This document shows positions 26,140 through 38,795 of a stretch of 64,000 bases of DNA, one piece after another. Each line of letters opens with the position of its first letter. The first letter of the stretch is position 1. A program made the translations under genes and the position numbers. Source of the DNA: Okamejei kenojei (Eukaryota); the NCBI GenBank assembly GCA_035221665.1, contig CM069140.1, positions 69,254,001 through 69,318,000 of the forward strand. The letters run 5' to 3'. The notes under the pieces are model-generated. The model was not told the origin of the DNA and did no database searches. It saw nothing but the letters and a program-made list of their open reading frames with translations.

Positions 26140-26310
26140 ATATTGTGCTGAGAACTATATTCTGCACTTCGTATCTTCCTCTATGTATTTGAGTTTGACT
26201 TAATTGTTTTAAACAGTGTTTTCTGTTTGCATAGTATCCAAAACAAAAGCTTTTCACTCTACCTCGGTACACATGACGATAATAAACTGAAACCTAAATC
26301 TAAACCTAAA
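26140..26310 (+). mobile_element. Rex1/Babar-like 3' tail fragment
   Basis: gctgagaactatattctgcact...aaagcttttcactctacctcggtacacatgacgataataaactgaaacctaaa. Confidence 0.6.
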
Positions 26311-26574
26311 GACATTTGTTAACTTCTTGTGAATATTTTAACAGTAATTCAGAATTTGTGCACTGTTTGTGAAATAACTATATGCCACAATATTTAATAT
26401 TAAAAACACAAAATTGCTGGAAATAGTCAGCAAATCAGTCTTTTTAGCATTCACCTAATATAGTAGTTGTAATCCATGTTTATCCTAAACAGGATCTTCC
26501 TGTGGAATTTTGTCTTTGTTGTGTGTGGTGTTGCACAAAGGTAGAAAAGCGATGATACATTTGCAAATGAAAGT

Positions 26575-26785
26575 GTAGAATACAAAGTGCTGGAGTAACT
26601 CTGGGTCAGGCAGCATCTCTGGAGGATATGGATAGGGACCATCTTCAAACTGTAGTCTGCAAATCGAATAAGGTTGTTGACCCAAAACATCGCCTATCCA
26701 TGTTCTCCAGAGATGCTGCCTGACCTGTTCAGTTACTCCAGGACTCTGTGTTCTACACAACGTTCCAGCATGTACAGTTCCTTGT
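26575..26785. mobile_element. Penelope-like inverted pair
   Basis: gctggagtaactctgggtcaggcagcatctctggaggatatggatagg is complementary to cctatccatgttctccagagatgctgcctgacctgttcagttactccagg. Confidence 0.7.
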
Positions 26786-27514
26786 GGCCGCAAATGCAAG
26801 TGGTTTTTAATGCCCACCAACATCCTTTTGGTGTTTAAAGTAAATATCAGTTCCGTCATCGTGTGCAGCTGGAACAGAGGTAAGCATAAAATGGAACATT
26901 AATGTTGTGACAAATACATTTTTGGAATTACTGGTTGCTGGGAAGTTGAGATCGTTGTATTCACCTGATAGAAAGTTGTACAATATGTACAGAATCACAT
27001 ATAAAAGGTGCCGTGTAGCAGTAAGAGTTAAACCCCTCCTTTGGATTTTGTTCATCTATCTAGCTTCACCAAACTTAAGTTTGGATGCTCCCTAACAGTC
27101 TATGAGTCTGCACTATATGGTGTCGCAGCATAGTCAAATTAATGCCTTTTACTTGATTGTTTTGTTTTAAGTGATGTCCTATTTTGGCTGTGTTTTTAGT
27201 TTAGCTGTGATTCTCCTGCATTTGGCCAAAAGGGGATGGATGCTGAGTCAGTGCTGGTTACATTTTAGGAAAGACAGGATATTGCAGATGCTGGAATTTG
27301 GAACAAAAACAACCTGCTGGGAGCACTCAATGGGTAAAGCAGCATCTGTGGAAGCAAAGTGGTAATTGATGTTACAGATCGAGACTCCGCATCAGTACTA
27401 ACTTCAGGGGAATCAACCAAAGTGTCGACCAACCCTTTGTCTTTACAGATGCTGCTTTATCCACTGTCATCCCACAGCGGTTTGTATTTTGGTCCTGCAA
27501 AGATTTCTGTTGGA

Positions 27515-27810
27515 GGCAATACAATGGCACAGCTGGTTGAACTGCTGTCTTACAGCGTCAGAGATCTGGGTTTGATCCTGATCTTGGGTGCTGTCCCTGT
27601 CGAGTTTGCATTTACTTCAGGTGCTCCGGTTTCCTTCCGCATCCTAAAGACTTGTAGGTTAATTGGCCTCTAAAATTGTCCTTGGTATGTAGAAATTGAA
27701 TGAGAAAGAAGGGTAACATAGAACTATGCCCAGTGTGGACCTGGTGAGTCCAATGTGATCGATGCCCAGTGGGACTTGGTGAGTTGAATTTCCTGTATCC
27801 TTGTTGTATG
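27515..27810 (+). mobile_element. V-SINE (HE1-like), partly deleted
   Basis: ggcacagctggttgaactgctgtcttacagcgtcagagatctgggtttgatcctg head and ggtgctccggtttccttccgcatcc core. Confidence 0.8.
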
Positions 27811-29353
27811 AAGTAAGGCAAGTTCCCAACCTGAAACTTTGTCTGTTTGTACCCTCCACAGATGTTGTCTGACCCTCTGAGGTCCTGCAGCACTTTGTGT
27901 TTTGCTCAGTTCAGTGTGTTCAGGTACAGGTCAGTCATGGTCTGCCTGGGTGATGAAACGCATTTGGGAGTCTGAATCAAGTGGCCTCTGAATTGCCTGT
28001 GTCGCAAGTTCACACAAAAGCAGGTGGTTGTCTGTTACTTCATCTCTCCCCATCAGTGCTGCATCTCCCTTGCATCTCGCATCTGTAACTGATTCCAAAT
28101 ACTGTTCCTTTGTGCATTTTGACTTATTTCACTCCACTCTACATGTCTGTTTAGTCACTAGAGTTATTTTTAAGCCACACAGTCTCCCACACAAAGCTTT
28201 TGGTCACTGCGACTTAATGTTCTGCATTCCTGGACTCTCCCAAATACTAAAGACACTAAATAAATACATATTGTTGTTGTTGATACCAAGACTGGCCTTA
28301 ATTATGGCTTTTTTACTTGGTGCTAAACTAAACCATGCATTTATCACTTTGTTTTATTGCACTAACAAAAAAAATTTCCGAAGGATTATTTCTAAAGGTC
28401 GAACAGCTGGCTGTCTCTATAACTTTTTGGCTCTAATCAGTGGAGCGTCAGACTCCAATCCATCTGCATTAAATTTGTGCTGTAGGATGTAGGTATCAGG
28501 AAACTAGACGGGAATACGTACAGTACCGTGAAAGTAGCCTACTTATGGCACTGAAGGTGGGAAATAATATTTTGCATTATGGTTGGAGCATTGGTGGTTA
28601 AAATAAAGTAATGAGTATATGAAATAAATCCGGTTGGAAGTTATTCTCCTCCAACATTGAAGCATGTTTTTGTGCAGTAAAATTAATTCCACATAAACTG
28701 TCTAGACCAGAAAGTAACTGGCCACATATTATTTATCACTCAAGCCCTAAATGTACTGGGCCGGCTACAATGCAGCCAGTTGTGGGCCAAGTTTTAATCG
28801 ATGTTATGTTTAACATTAGTAAACATTGTAATATTATCATTCATTACTTTTCAACAATTTCAGCTTTTCATCTTATGGAGGCAATAGCCATGGCTTCTTA
28901 GTAGTTTGAATTTGAGCCTGGATTTTGTAGGCCACTGTTTATTGCACATGCACTCATTCGGAACCCCCCTGGGCCCGTGCATTTGAATTTACAGCAATCT
29001 TGGTACGCTGCTGTCTAAATCTCCAACATTAATTAAAATCTAGAGGATTACTGATACAATAACTTACTGATACAAGTTAGGTTTGAATGCCAGGAAGATT
29101 AATGGCACTATTTAAGATTTATTGGACTGTAGATTTGTTCACTTACAGTGCTTTTAACCCAGAATTGTACAATTCTTACACATTTTTCTCTGCCAGCACC
29201 ATGAATTTGCTAATTTTCTCAGAGGCACTTCCGGCATAAAACATAAGGGCCCCGGCAATATAAAATGTCACCCTGGAGTGACAAATATTAAGCAATATTT
29301 ATTTATGTACAGGAATGGTTTTAACAAAATGATTTTATTCTTTCTAATTTTAG

Positions 29354-29537
29354 GTGTCTAAGAATTCTACAGTTCAGTTTCCAACAGCAAACTTTACCTC
29401 ATCAAAATCATTGGAAGAGCATTCACTGCCTCAAGGTAGTAAACACTTACTGCAGTGGACCCAGAGAAAATACGGGTTCGTAACATCTTTCACTGAACTG
29501 AATAAGGTGAATAATATTTACATCAAAGTGGGTGAAG
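29354..29537 (+). CDS. TGFBR3: TGFBR3 coding exon (about exon 5), orphan domain
   Basis: ttttag|GTGTCT...GGTGAAG|gtgagt, 184 nt. VSKNSTVQFPTANFT...LLQWTQRKYGFVTSFTELNKVNNIYIKVGE resembles betaglycan YGAVTSFTELKIARNIYIKVGE. Confidence 0.96.
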
Positions 29538-29881
29538 GTGAGTTCATCTTACATCGCGATTGCCGTAAGTTGTCTCTTATCTGTAATGATCCGTGTGAAT
29601 TGTACACACTGCCAATAATGAACAATTCACACTGTTATTTAGTTATCGGTATGTTAGTATAATTATTTGAAATTAGTTCTTCCAGGTAGCTGGGGTTTGA
29701 TGTTTGTAAAGTGTTTTGCTGTTTATTACCTCTACATATAATATTGATTATTTACCATAAGGTTTGGTAAAATTAGCACCTCAGATATTTGTTTGCCACA
29801 GTTAAACTGAACAAATCTTAAGACAATATTTCGATGTTGGTTTGTGAACAAATCACAATACACTGTTTCAAACTTTTCCAG

Positions 29882-30050
29882 ATCCTGCATTGTCACCGAC
29901 GTGCATAATAAAGAAAAACTTTCTGTCTCAGAATTATCTGGGAGCCTATTTAAAAATGCAACCTGCACAGGGTTGTACAACTTCATACCCAGCCGAAGAA
30001 AAAGAGGTTCATGTGATTGAACTTGAATCCCCAAGTTCTAGTACTTACAG
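29882..30050 (+). CDS. TGFBR3: TGFBR3 coding exon (about exon 6), orphan domain
   Basis: cttttccag|AT...TACAG|gtaatt, 169 nt, phase 1-2. (D)PALSPTCIIKKNFLSQNYLGAYLKMQPAQGCTTSYPAEEKEVHVIELESPSSSTY resembles human KCNIGKNFLSLNYLAEYL...EEVHIIEL. Confidence 0.95.
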
Positions 30051-30360
30051 GTAATTCAGAATTTCAGTATGGTTCGAGTCTTTGATTTCTTTCAAAATGC
30101 TGAATTGCTGTGTGATAAGGGGTAAACAATGACCGTGTTGTTTAGGATATGGTTTTATGACGAGCAACAGGTGTCTCGAAACATTAGTGTAATTTACACT
30201 TTAGAACAGAAGGCAGCCTTTTTGTGCAAAGGTCCATTTGTGGCAGGAGGATTCCAGGTAGGTACTTGGAATGGAATGAATGCTCTCCATCAAGGCCTCC
30301 ATTGCAGCCAAATGCCCCTTACAGACATAAACGCATAAGTTGCATTGATCAAAGATTTAA

Positions 30361-30703
30361 TGGCCTGTCACACTTACGCGACCTTTACAGGCGACTGTCA
30401 ACACCTGTGATAGGTCGCCGAAATTTTCAACATGTTGAAAATTCAGCGGCGACCAGAAAGACACTACGACTCTTTGGAGACCTCTCATGATCATAGGAGA
30501 CTTCTCACAACCATACAGGCTGTATGTCATGAGAGGTCACCCGCGATATGTCGCTAGGGGTCGCCTGTATGGTCGTGAGAGGTCTCCACTGAGTCGTAGC
30601 GTCTTTCTGGTCGCCGCTGAATTTTCAACATGTTGAAAATTTCCATGACCTATAACGGGTGCCGGCAGTCGCCTGTAAAGGTCGCATAGGTGGGACAGGC
30701 CCA
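30361..30703. mobile_element. Palindromic MITE (non-autonomous DNA transposon) flanked by TTAA
   Basis: Left TTAA|TGGCCTGTCACACTTACGCGACCTTTACAGGCGACTG, right CAGTCGCCTGTAAAGGTCGCATAGGTGGGACAGGCCCA|TTAA. The arms are complementary over more than 130 bp. Confidence 0.88.
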
Positions 30704-30814
30704 TTAAGGTTCCACGCTTCAGCCGGAGAGCTTCTATGCACTTCTGCAATGCAGCAGAATGTCAAATGCAGAGGCACCTTGCAAGGATCCCTGTGGCTAG
30801 TGTTTTGAGAGTAA

Positions 30815-31075
30815 GTATACAGTGGCTCAGCAGGTGGTGCTGCTGCCTCGTATGCGCTAGAGAACCAGTTTCGATCCTGACCTCAGCTGCTGTCTGTGTG
30901 AAGTTTGCACGTTGTCCCTCTGATCGCATTGGTTTCCCCTAGGTGCTCTGGTTTCCTCCCACATCCCAAAGAGGTGCGGGTTTTTAGGTTGATTGACCTC
31001 GCTAAATTTCCCCGAGTGTTTAGCGAGTGGTTGTGATAGTGGGATAAAAAAGAACATGTATGTACGGGTGATTAA
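30815..31075 (+). mobile_element. V-SINE (HE1-like)
   Basis: cagtggctcagcaggtgg...gtttcgatcctgacctc...gtttgcacgtt...ggtgctctggtttcctcccacatcccaaaga. Confidence 0.85.
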
Positions 31076-31157
31076 TTTTTGACTTTTAAAAGCAGTGTAA
31101 TTACTTATCTGAACCAGTAAACAAGATTTTCAAAGGTTTCAGGTGGGAGCAAGGGCT

Positions 31158-31433
31158 ATGAGAAAGACTTTTTTCAATGAGAAAGACTTTTTTCACACAG
31201 AGAGTGGTGAGTCTCTGGAACTCTCTGCCACAGAGGGTAGTTGAGGCCAGTTCATTGGCTATATTTAAGAGTGAGTTGGATGTGGCCCTTGTGGCTAAGG
31301 GGATCAGAGGGTATGGAGAGAAGGCAGGTACGGGATACTGAGTTGGATGATCAGCCATGATCATATTGAGTGGCGGTGCAGGCTCGAAGGGCTGAATGGC
31401 CTACTCCTGCACCTAATTTCTATGTTTCTATGT
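31158..31433 (+). mobile_element. Young CR1 LINE (family A) 3' end
   Basis: Near-identical to 15870-16122, tail ttctatgtttctatg, short duplication atgagaaagactttttt at the 5' junction. Confidence 0.9.
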
Positions 31434-32239
31434 AACTTTTGCGAGGGTAGCATGCATAGAAATACTTCTGATAGGATGTATTGATTAAGAATTGTTTTTG
31501 TTCCACATCTTGTGTGATTTGTCTATGTTTTCACTTTTTTAATCTGGTGACATGGACTGCTTATTATTTTATTTGATTTTTATTGGCATTTCTGGCCAAT
31601 TAATTTTGAGGGACACCAGCTGGTTGTTGTTACTGGGATCCTCCAGTTTGGGTCAATGTACTTGAGGTTTGTCTTGCAGAGAGTTGTACAGGGCACTGCC
31701 TTTGACCACAGTTTAATTACATTCAGTTTGGGCCTTCACTGTTACGAAAAGCTGCTTTATTTACAAATGATCAGTGCCAAGTAGTGCTAAAACCAATATT
31801 GTGCAAAATCTCACCAGATTTTGGTCATTGTTATGCCAGTGGCTTTACACGAACTAGATACCAGGAAAACAGCTCCAGAGTTCTCGAAAATATTTCCCAC
31901 CATGTCCATACCTATTAACAACTAGCATTAAGCCTCCCAAAAACTTGCTCAAAATTCGTTATTGTCACATTTCTTCCACATCACACAGATAAACTTCTAG
32001 GATAATGACTAATTGCATCTTGTTAAATTTCCCTGACTTAATATAACTAACAACTTCCAGATGACTCCCCCAGTAATTAATGATTTTAATGGGGCACCAG
32101 TATTTCACATTGCAAGATTCTTGGAATGCCCCATCTAACCTCAGGAAATAGTTCCTGATGACGCCTAGTGACATTTTAACTGGATCCAATTGTTTCCATG
32201 ACTCCTTCATCCCTCTTAAGTTTTCCAAGTTTTCTAAAA

Positions 32240-32337
32240 GAAAGACACAAAATTCTGGAGTAACTCAGTGGGTCAGGCAGTATCCCTGAAGGAAATGGAT
32301 AGGTGACGTTTCGGGTCAGAACCATTTTTCAGACCTA
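32240..32337 (-). mobile_element. Penelope-like terminal repeat with hammerhead-like motif
   Basis: Reverse complement TAGGT-CTGAAAA-A-TGGTTCTGACCC-GAAACGTC-ACCTA has a perfect 5-bp stem I but a G8-to-A change in the core. Confidence 0.65.
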
Positions 32338-33576
32338 ACTTTCCAAAAGAAACTTCAATTTATTAAGCTCTAAGTTTAATGTTATCTAATTTGTATTTGG
32401 TGCTAACATTGTACTTCTAAAACAAAAGCTGGCATTAAAATGATATGATTTCAAAATGAGAATACTTTTTTTATTTTCAGTCATTGTTTTGCATTAGTTA
32501 TTTTAACCTGAAATTTTTACTTGAGTTGCCAGTTGTGGTGTTTATCCTTTCTAGTACAAATGCTACCTCCTCTAGCCCTCTAAGGTTTTATTTCTGTTCT
32601 CATGCATTTTCCATTGAAATTATCCTTTAATGCTTTTGTGATGAAGTCAGTACAGTTACATTTCCTGGTCATAACATCTGACCAATCACCCTTCATTGCT
32701 GAATCAAACTTAACAGTAAACAGAATATGTTTCTCAATCACCTGGCAAGCATCATAATAAAAGCAATTCAAAGGATAATGGGTGCTACAACAAAGTTGTC
32801 GGACCATTTGCTTGGCTGGCACAGATTTTAACGAGCTCATTTGCTCTGTTATAATACGTATGCAATGGACCTTTAGAAATTTTCTCTTGTGGATTCCCAT
32901 TTTAACAACATTTTTCTATCCCACATTTTTAACAATGCAATAAATGCAAAATGTTGGATATAACTCATTTATTTTGTCCTGTTTTGTATACCTATGGTCG
33001 TAAATGTCTATTCCAACATTCAATATGGTAGTCAGCTTTGCCCCGATGAATAAAGCTGCCGGGACACTGTAGAGATGTGTCTAGCAAAGATCAGAGTTGG
33101 CCTCCAATTGCCTCTGCTCCACAACGGCCTACGAGTAGGTTCATTGACCTCCTGATCATACATGATTGTATAAACAAAAGAGCAAATTAATAAGAAAACT
33201 ATCATCATTAATAAAAGATATTCCACTAAATCATGGCTGTCATTGAGATGGACAAATAGAAATAATTTGTCTGTGCAAGTTAAACTGTCATTGAGAGAAA
33301 AGTGTTAATGGTCAAATTCCATCCTCAAAAGTCTGACCTTTTAACTACTTCTGGAAAAAGCGTGTAGCCTAATTTTGAGTGAATATTACTATGAATCATT
33401 TTATAATGCATATTGCACTCTGGCCTGTTTTGCACATGTTCTATTGTCTGGGATTAATTCCAACGTTTTAATCAACTGGCCAGACACTAGAGACATGTTC
33501 AGCTGGAAAAGATTGAGTGTAAGTAAAAGTTTTGGCACATGTACAATTTTTTTTTTTTTATACTGTCCCACAGCAG

Positions 33577-33724
33577 GATTTTCAAAGTGGACATTGTAGT
33601 CGACATACGACCAATGCATGCAGACACCGTGCTCTCCAGAAATATTTTGCTGATCCTCAAATGTGAGAAAGCAGTCAATTGGGTAATTCAGTCCCATGGT
33701 GTCAGTGGAAAGCTAGAAGTAATT
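33577..33724 (+). CDS. TGFBR3: TGFBR3 coding exon (about exon 7); alternative start at 33574
   Basis: Poly-T tract, tandem cagcag acceptor, donor gtaagt, 148 nt. IFKVDIVVDIRPMHADTVLSRNILLILKCEKAVNWVIQSHGVSGKLEVI resembles human LILILKCKKSVNWVIKS. Confidence 0.94.
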
Positions 33725-34294
33725 GTAAGTATTTGAGTATTTACCTCTGTTAACTAATTGTTATTAACTAACAATCAAAATACTATAACTAAGTTTGTTG
33801 TGGTATTACAGAGTGAAACACTTTTGATGACTTAGCAAGTGGATGGCTTTTAAAAAAGTATTGTGAAGAATTGCCCTTCCAAAAGCTACGAAAACCTTAA
33901 TCTAGTGATATATATTGCTTGCGTATATGTATGAGTTATTGAAAGAATGAATATACTGTTTTTGTTGGGGATTACAATTTATCAGAAAAGGAAGTTGATC
34001 CTTTGCAAAAGTTTTGACTCCACATCTTTGCATAATAAAACAGGTTAGGGGCATTTAAAGAGTGTAATGTGAGACTCAGTACTGAGAACGCATTTTTCTG
34101 CTGGTTCCCTTGGGCTCTTAGCTGTTGAGTTCTGTACTTGCCCAAAATCTTCAAAAACTAACTGCAGTTTCAAGTGCCATACTCTCAGGAGCAGAAAATA
34201 TTATTTATATTCTGACTTCAACACAGTTCTCAATATTTGTTGCTGCATATTTCCATGCTTTTCTTCTTCTACAAGCCAGGAGCTACTTAATGGA

Positions 34295-34490
34295 GACACA
34301 AACAATTGCAGATGTTGGAATCTTGAGCCAAACACAGAGTGCTGGAGGAACTCAGCAGGTCAGGCAGCATCTGTGGAGGGAATGGACAGGTGACGTCTGA
34401 AGAAGGGTACCAACCCGAAATGTCATTATTCTCTTCATGGATGCTGCCTGATCCACTGAGTTCCTCCAGCACTTTGTGTTTTACTCAGAT
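34295..34490. mobile_element. Penelope-like inverted pair with central hammerhead motif
   Basis: Arms 34331-34371 and 34440-34480 are near-perfect reverse complements. The centre is CTGAAGA-A-GGGT-ACCA-ACCC-GAAATGTC. Confidence 0.75.
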
Positions 34491-34764
34491 CCTATTTAAG
34501 ATTGGGAACATTTCAGCACACTTTCGGTTTCTTCAAAAAAGTTATTTTCTCAATGTATTGAACACTCCAGTTAGGCACTGAATCTGCCCATCCTTTGCTT
34601 ACATCACACACTCTGTTACACTAACCATTTGTGGCTGCATAGCTCCTAACAACCTCTTGGTCTGAAAAGGGCATATGAGTGCCAATTAGGCCACAGGTGG
34701 TGGAAGCTAAGAGCCTGCCTATGGAACTTCCTGTAGGCCTTCCTGCAGTTCAAGGCTTTCTTTG

Positions 34765-35345
34765 TTTTAGACTAGAGATACAGTGTGGAAACAGGCCCTC
34801 TGTCCCACTGAGTCCAGACCAACCAGCTAGTCACCCCCATATACTAGCACTAGGGACAATTTACTCACGTGATCACGGGGAGAATGCACAGACTCGGTAT
34901 AGACAGCACCCGTAATCAGGATTGAACCCGGGTATCTGGCGCTGTATGGCAGTCACTCTACCGCTGCCGCTACTGTACCGCCATTTTTTTCATTTCTTAT
35001 GATTATGGCCATTTAGCTTAAATAATTTACTATTAAAATATTAACAAAAACAAAAAAAAACGAAATCCTCTTGAAGTACAGTTTCACAGCAGGTAGAGCC
35101 TCTGCCTCAAAGTGCCCGAACCCCTGCTTCGCTACTGGCCTTGGGCATATTCTCCCTGTGACTGGCCTTCCTCTGGCTGCTCTGGTTTCCTCCCACATCC
35201 CAATAACGTATGGGTCTTGAGGTTAATTGTACTCTGTCAATTGCCCCGAGTGTGTAAGGAGCGGATGCTGGGATAACATGGGATCAGTGTGTATTATCAG
35301 CATGGACTTACGATGAGCCAGTTTCCATGCGCTACTGTATCTTCC
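34765..35345. mobile_element. Two V-SINE copies in divergent orientation (about 34765-34982 minus, 35085-35345 plus)
   Basis: tagagatacagtgtggaaacaggccct...cgctgtatggcagtcactctaccgctg (minus) and cagcaggtagagcctctgcctca...ggtttcctcccacatccc (plus). Confidence 0.75.
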
Positions 35346-36299
35346 AATTAAATGTTTTACTGAAAATATCAGTATTAATTAAAGCGGAAAATATGTTCAC
35401 ATATATTTTGTGACGGTTAGCAGCCTCCTTCAATTGAATGGAGCAGGGCTTAATGCATTCTCCAACGCTGACTGGTGTGGTGCTGAGGGGCTAGAAACCT
35501 GGTATACCCTCCCCCTCGGCTCAGAATGTTACAAGTCCTCTGGACTTGAAGATGAATCCTCACAACTGTTCACCATTGGCATTTCTCTCCTGCTATGTGG
35601 CACAAGCTTCCTCGCCAGTTTAAACATAAATAGTCCTTTCATTGAAAGATAGAAGTAAGCTTAAGATAAAAGAAAAGTTTTGGAATAAACTGGAATAACA
35701 TTATCTGTTCCATTATGGTTCAAAATTGTATCACAAGTAAAATGTTCTGTTTATTTTCTTTCCTGCATTCATTCATGGGAATCACCGATAAGTATATGTT
35801 TCTGGCAATATCTTATTCTGCTTGAGTGGGTGATGGTGATTCTCTTCCATGTACTGCTGTAGACTTCATAATGAAATACTTCCAGCATGCTGCTTGCAAA
35901 GGTAGTATTTTAGCATTTTAGCCATTCAACAGTGAAGATGGCAAAGTATTTCTGTTGGGATTGGATGCAACATGCAGGGGAACTTGCAAATGTGGTGCTG
36001 AGTTTCTACATGATAGAAGTTTAGAAATACAGTATGGAAGTAGGCTTTTCTGCCCATCGAGTCCATGCTGTCCATCAGTCACTAGTTCACACTAGTTCTA
36101 TGTTATATCACTTTTGTGTTCACTCTGTGTACGTTAAGGGTAATTTACAGACCAATTAACTTACAAACCTGCATGCCTTTGGGACGCCTTCCTCCCATCA
36201 TTAGATCAAAAGTGGGTTATTTGGTGATTACTGTATTCAAATTTCAATTTCAATTATACACAGCAGGACCTGGACAACATTTAGGCATGGGCTGATAAA

Positions 36300-36762
36300 T
36301 GTGAGGTAGTATTCACAGCTATGCTAGCTAAGCTATGGTGAGTTACTGAGTTTACCACCCCAAAGCCTTTCCACCAGGTGCAAGGCATGAGTCCAGGCAG
36401 TGATGGAGTATACAGCTCCAACCTCACTCAAGATGTGCAACACTATCCTGGGGAAAAAAGCTTGCTTTGCCGACTCCCCAATTGTTGCCAACACTGGCGC
36501 ACAATGTTCTGGCACTTTGTAACACCATCACCTCTAGGTTCTTGTCCAAGATGCACAGCATCCTAGTGCCAGTCCTTCATTACAAGGACTCAATCCTGGA
36601 CCTCACTGCCTGACAGTACTGTGGGAGCACCTCCACCAAAAGGACTGCAGTTGTTCAAAGGGGCAGCTCACCGCCACCTTCTCAATCGTAATTAGGGATG
36701 TGCAATAAATGCTGGCCTTGTTAATGACTCCCCCATCTTGAAAAAATGAATAAATAAAAAAT
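36300..36762 (+). mobile_element. Old CR1-like LINE 3' end (third family)
   Basis: ggactgcagttgttcaaaggggcagctcaccgccaccttctc...aattagggatgtgcaataaatgctggccttg...aatgaataaataaaaaa, recognised as a common elasmobranch LINE 3' end. Confidence 0.6.
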
Positions 36763-38656
36763 CCTATTTCCACCACCCTAACACTGATGAGTTCCAGATT
36801 ATGACTGCCCTCTCCAGAAAAATGTTTTCCTATGCATCCCCTAGTGATGGTTTTTCCTCTGAAATTTGCATCTGCAGTCCCTTGTCTTTGAACCATCTGC
36901 TAATGGGAATAGCTTCTCTCTATTTACTCCATGCAAATCATTTGTAATCTTGTGCATTTGTCAAATCACCTTTTGGCCTTCTTTGTTCCAAGAAGAATAT
37001 TCTCATCTTAATTCTAACCTTAAGCTTGGAACTTTTCATTCCTTGGGATCTTTGGAAGCACACATTTTGTATAGTTGTGTGATTATTCATACTAATCACA
37101 TTTTTTCCTATTGCTGTTAAATGTTATTTGCCAAATGCAGATTCGCCCCCATTTGAAGAATTTATGTTTCTGAAAGGTTTTACCAATGGAAACACTTTGG
37201 AGCTTAATATTGTTGTTTAGAAGGAGTATGAAGAAAGTAGTGTGGCCGTGTTATAACCAAATTGGCCTTTTTTAATTGAAATGGAGAATGTGTTAGGCAT
37301 GATAATGCAGTTCTGTACTAAGTATTTGTTCAGCTGTCAACCCAGAGCGTGAAATCGGTAAGATTGTGGAGAAGGGGAAATCAGGCGAACCTTATTCTGA
37401 ACCACAATATAGTCAATGTAAATTATTTCCTTGACAGCATATAAGTGCTTATCTGAGTAACTGAGCAACTTATTACAATTATGTAGAGCAAAAATAAATG
37501 ATTCTTGCATTGACACAGTGGTATTTGTTGGACATTTTTTAACTATTTAGTAAATTGAAGCAAATACATTAAATCCCCTGGTTGTCAGAATAATCAAATG
37601 AAGATGCAACTAATGAAAATAAATCTAATTACTATGTATAATTACCTATGAGAGCTTTAAAAAAAAAAGAGTTCCTGCCCAATAAAGGATTAGTGGTGAC
37701 CGGTTGATAGTATTGTATTGATGAAGTATGGAGTGGTAATTTACTGGCCTCTGCGAAGAAAAGCTCAATCAGTTGAATAATTATGTGTGGCTTTTTTGTG
37801 CATTGGTAGCAAAGCATAACAAAAAAGAAATGTTCCTAAAACAATACGACTGTAGTGGAACGTAGTTGAGTATTGATGAATTCGTGGGAATTTTCAGTGG
37901 GAAAGGATTAAAATTTGGACACAATAAGGGCAAATAGAATGAGGAACAAATGGGGAATTTAGAAGAGATACACTGCATTATGTCTGTGAAGTGATCAGAC
38001 GTTTCAATGGAAAACATTATTTAAACCATGAAATCCATTTAATGTGTGTATTCTGGTCACAAAATGGATAGACGACTGAAAAGTCTAGCGAATTTGCTAA
38101 ATATGATATTCCCTTTGACAAGTTTATTTTACTTAATGTTATCAACGCGTTTCAAAATATATTTAGCTTGCCATAAACCCAGTTGTCTTCAAACAGAAAA
38201 TGACACACATATCATGCACATTTGTAAAATGAGTTTCAAACCTTAACCTCACCACCCTTTCACACTGCTTACTCTTATTCCAATTGTGAGAGTGGCTCTC
38301 ACCATTCTCCCTCCCTTTTAACATGAATGCTATAAAATTAATTTGAATTCCGAAACCAATTGTAAATTGTTTTAAAGAAATGTAAATATAAATTATTTTT
38401 TCCTGCTGACTTAAGGCATATGCGACTTTTAATCAAAAGAACTCTTACCAAAATAACTCTTACCAACCATGCAACAAAAGAAAGTACTCTCCATGGTCTA
38501 TATTGCCAATAGATAATGGATGTGCCTAAAAGTTTGTTTGATATTTTACCAAGTCAGGGTTGGAGGATTTTTAGTTATGAGTAAAGGTTGCTCAGGCTAT
38601 GTTTGTCTTCTTTAGAATGGAAGAGATTGAGGATAAATTTGAAAGGCCCATAGAGA

Positions 38657-38795
38657 AGGTGGGAGATTGCAACCTTCATGTGGTCCGCCCTGTTTCGACG
38701 AATGCAATCAACCTGGCATGCACAATCAAATAAGATCAAATAGAACAAGTTGTCCTACAACTTTAGGCTGTGCACGCCATACTCAAGAAGAAGAA
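38657..38795 (+). mobile_element. 139-bp retro-insertion with (GAA)n tail and 11-bp TSD
   Basis: GCCCATAGAGA at 38646-38656 and 38796-38806. The insert ends in caagaagaagaa. Confidence 0.8.
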
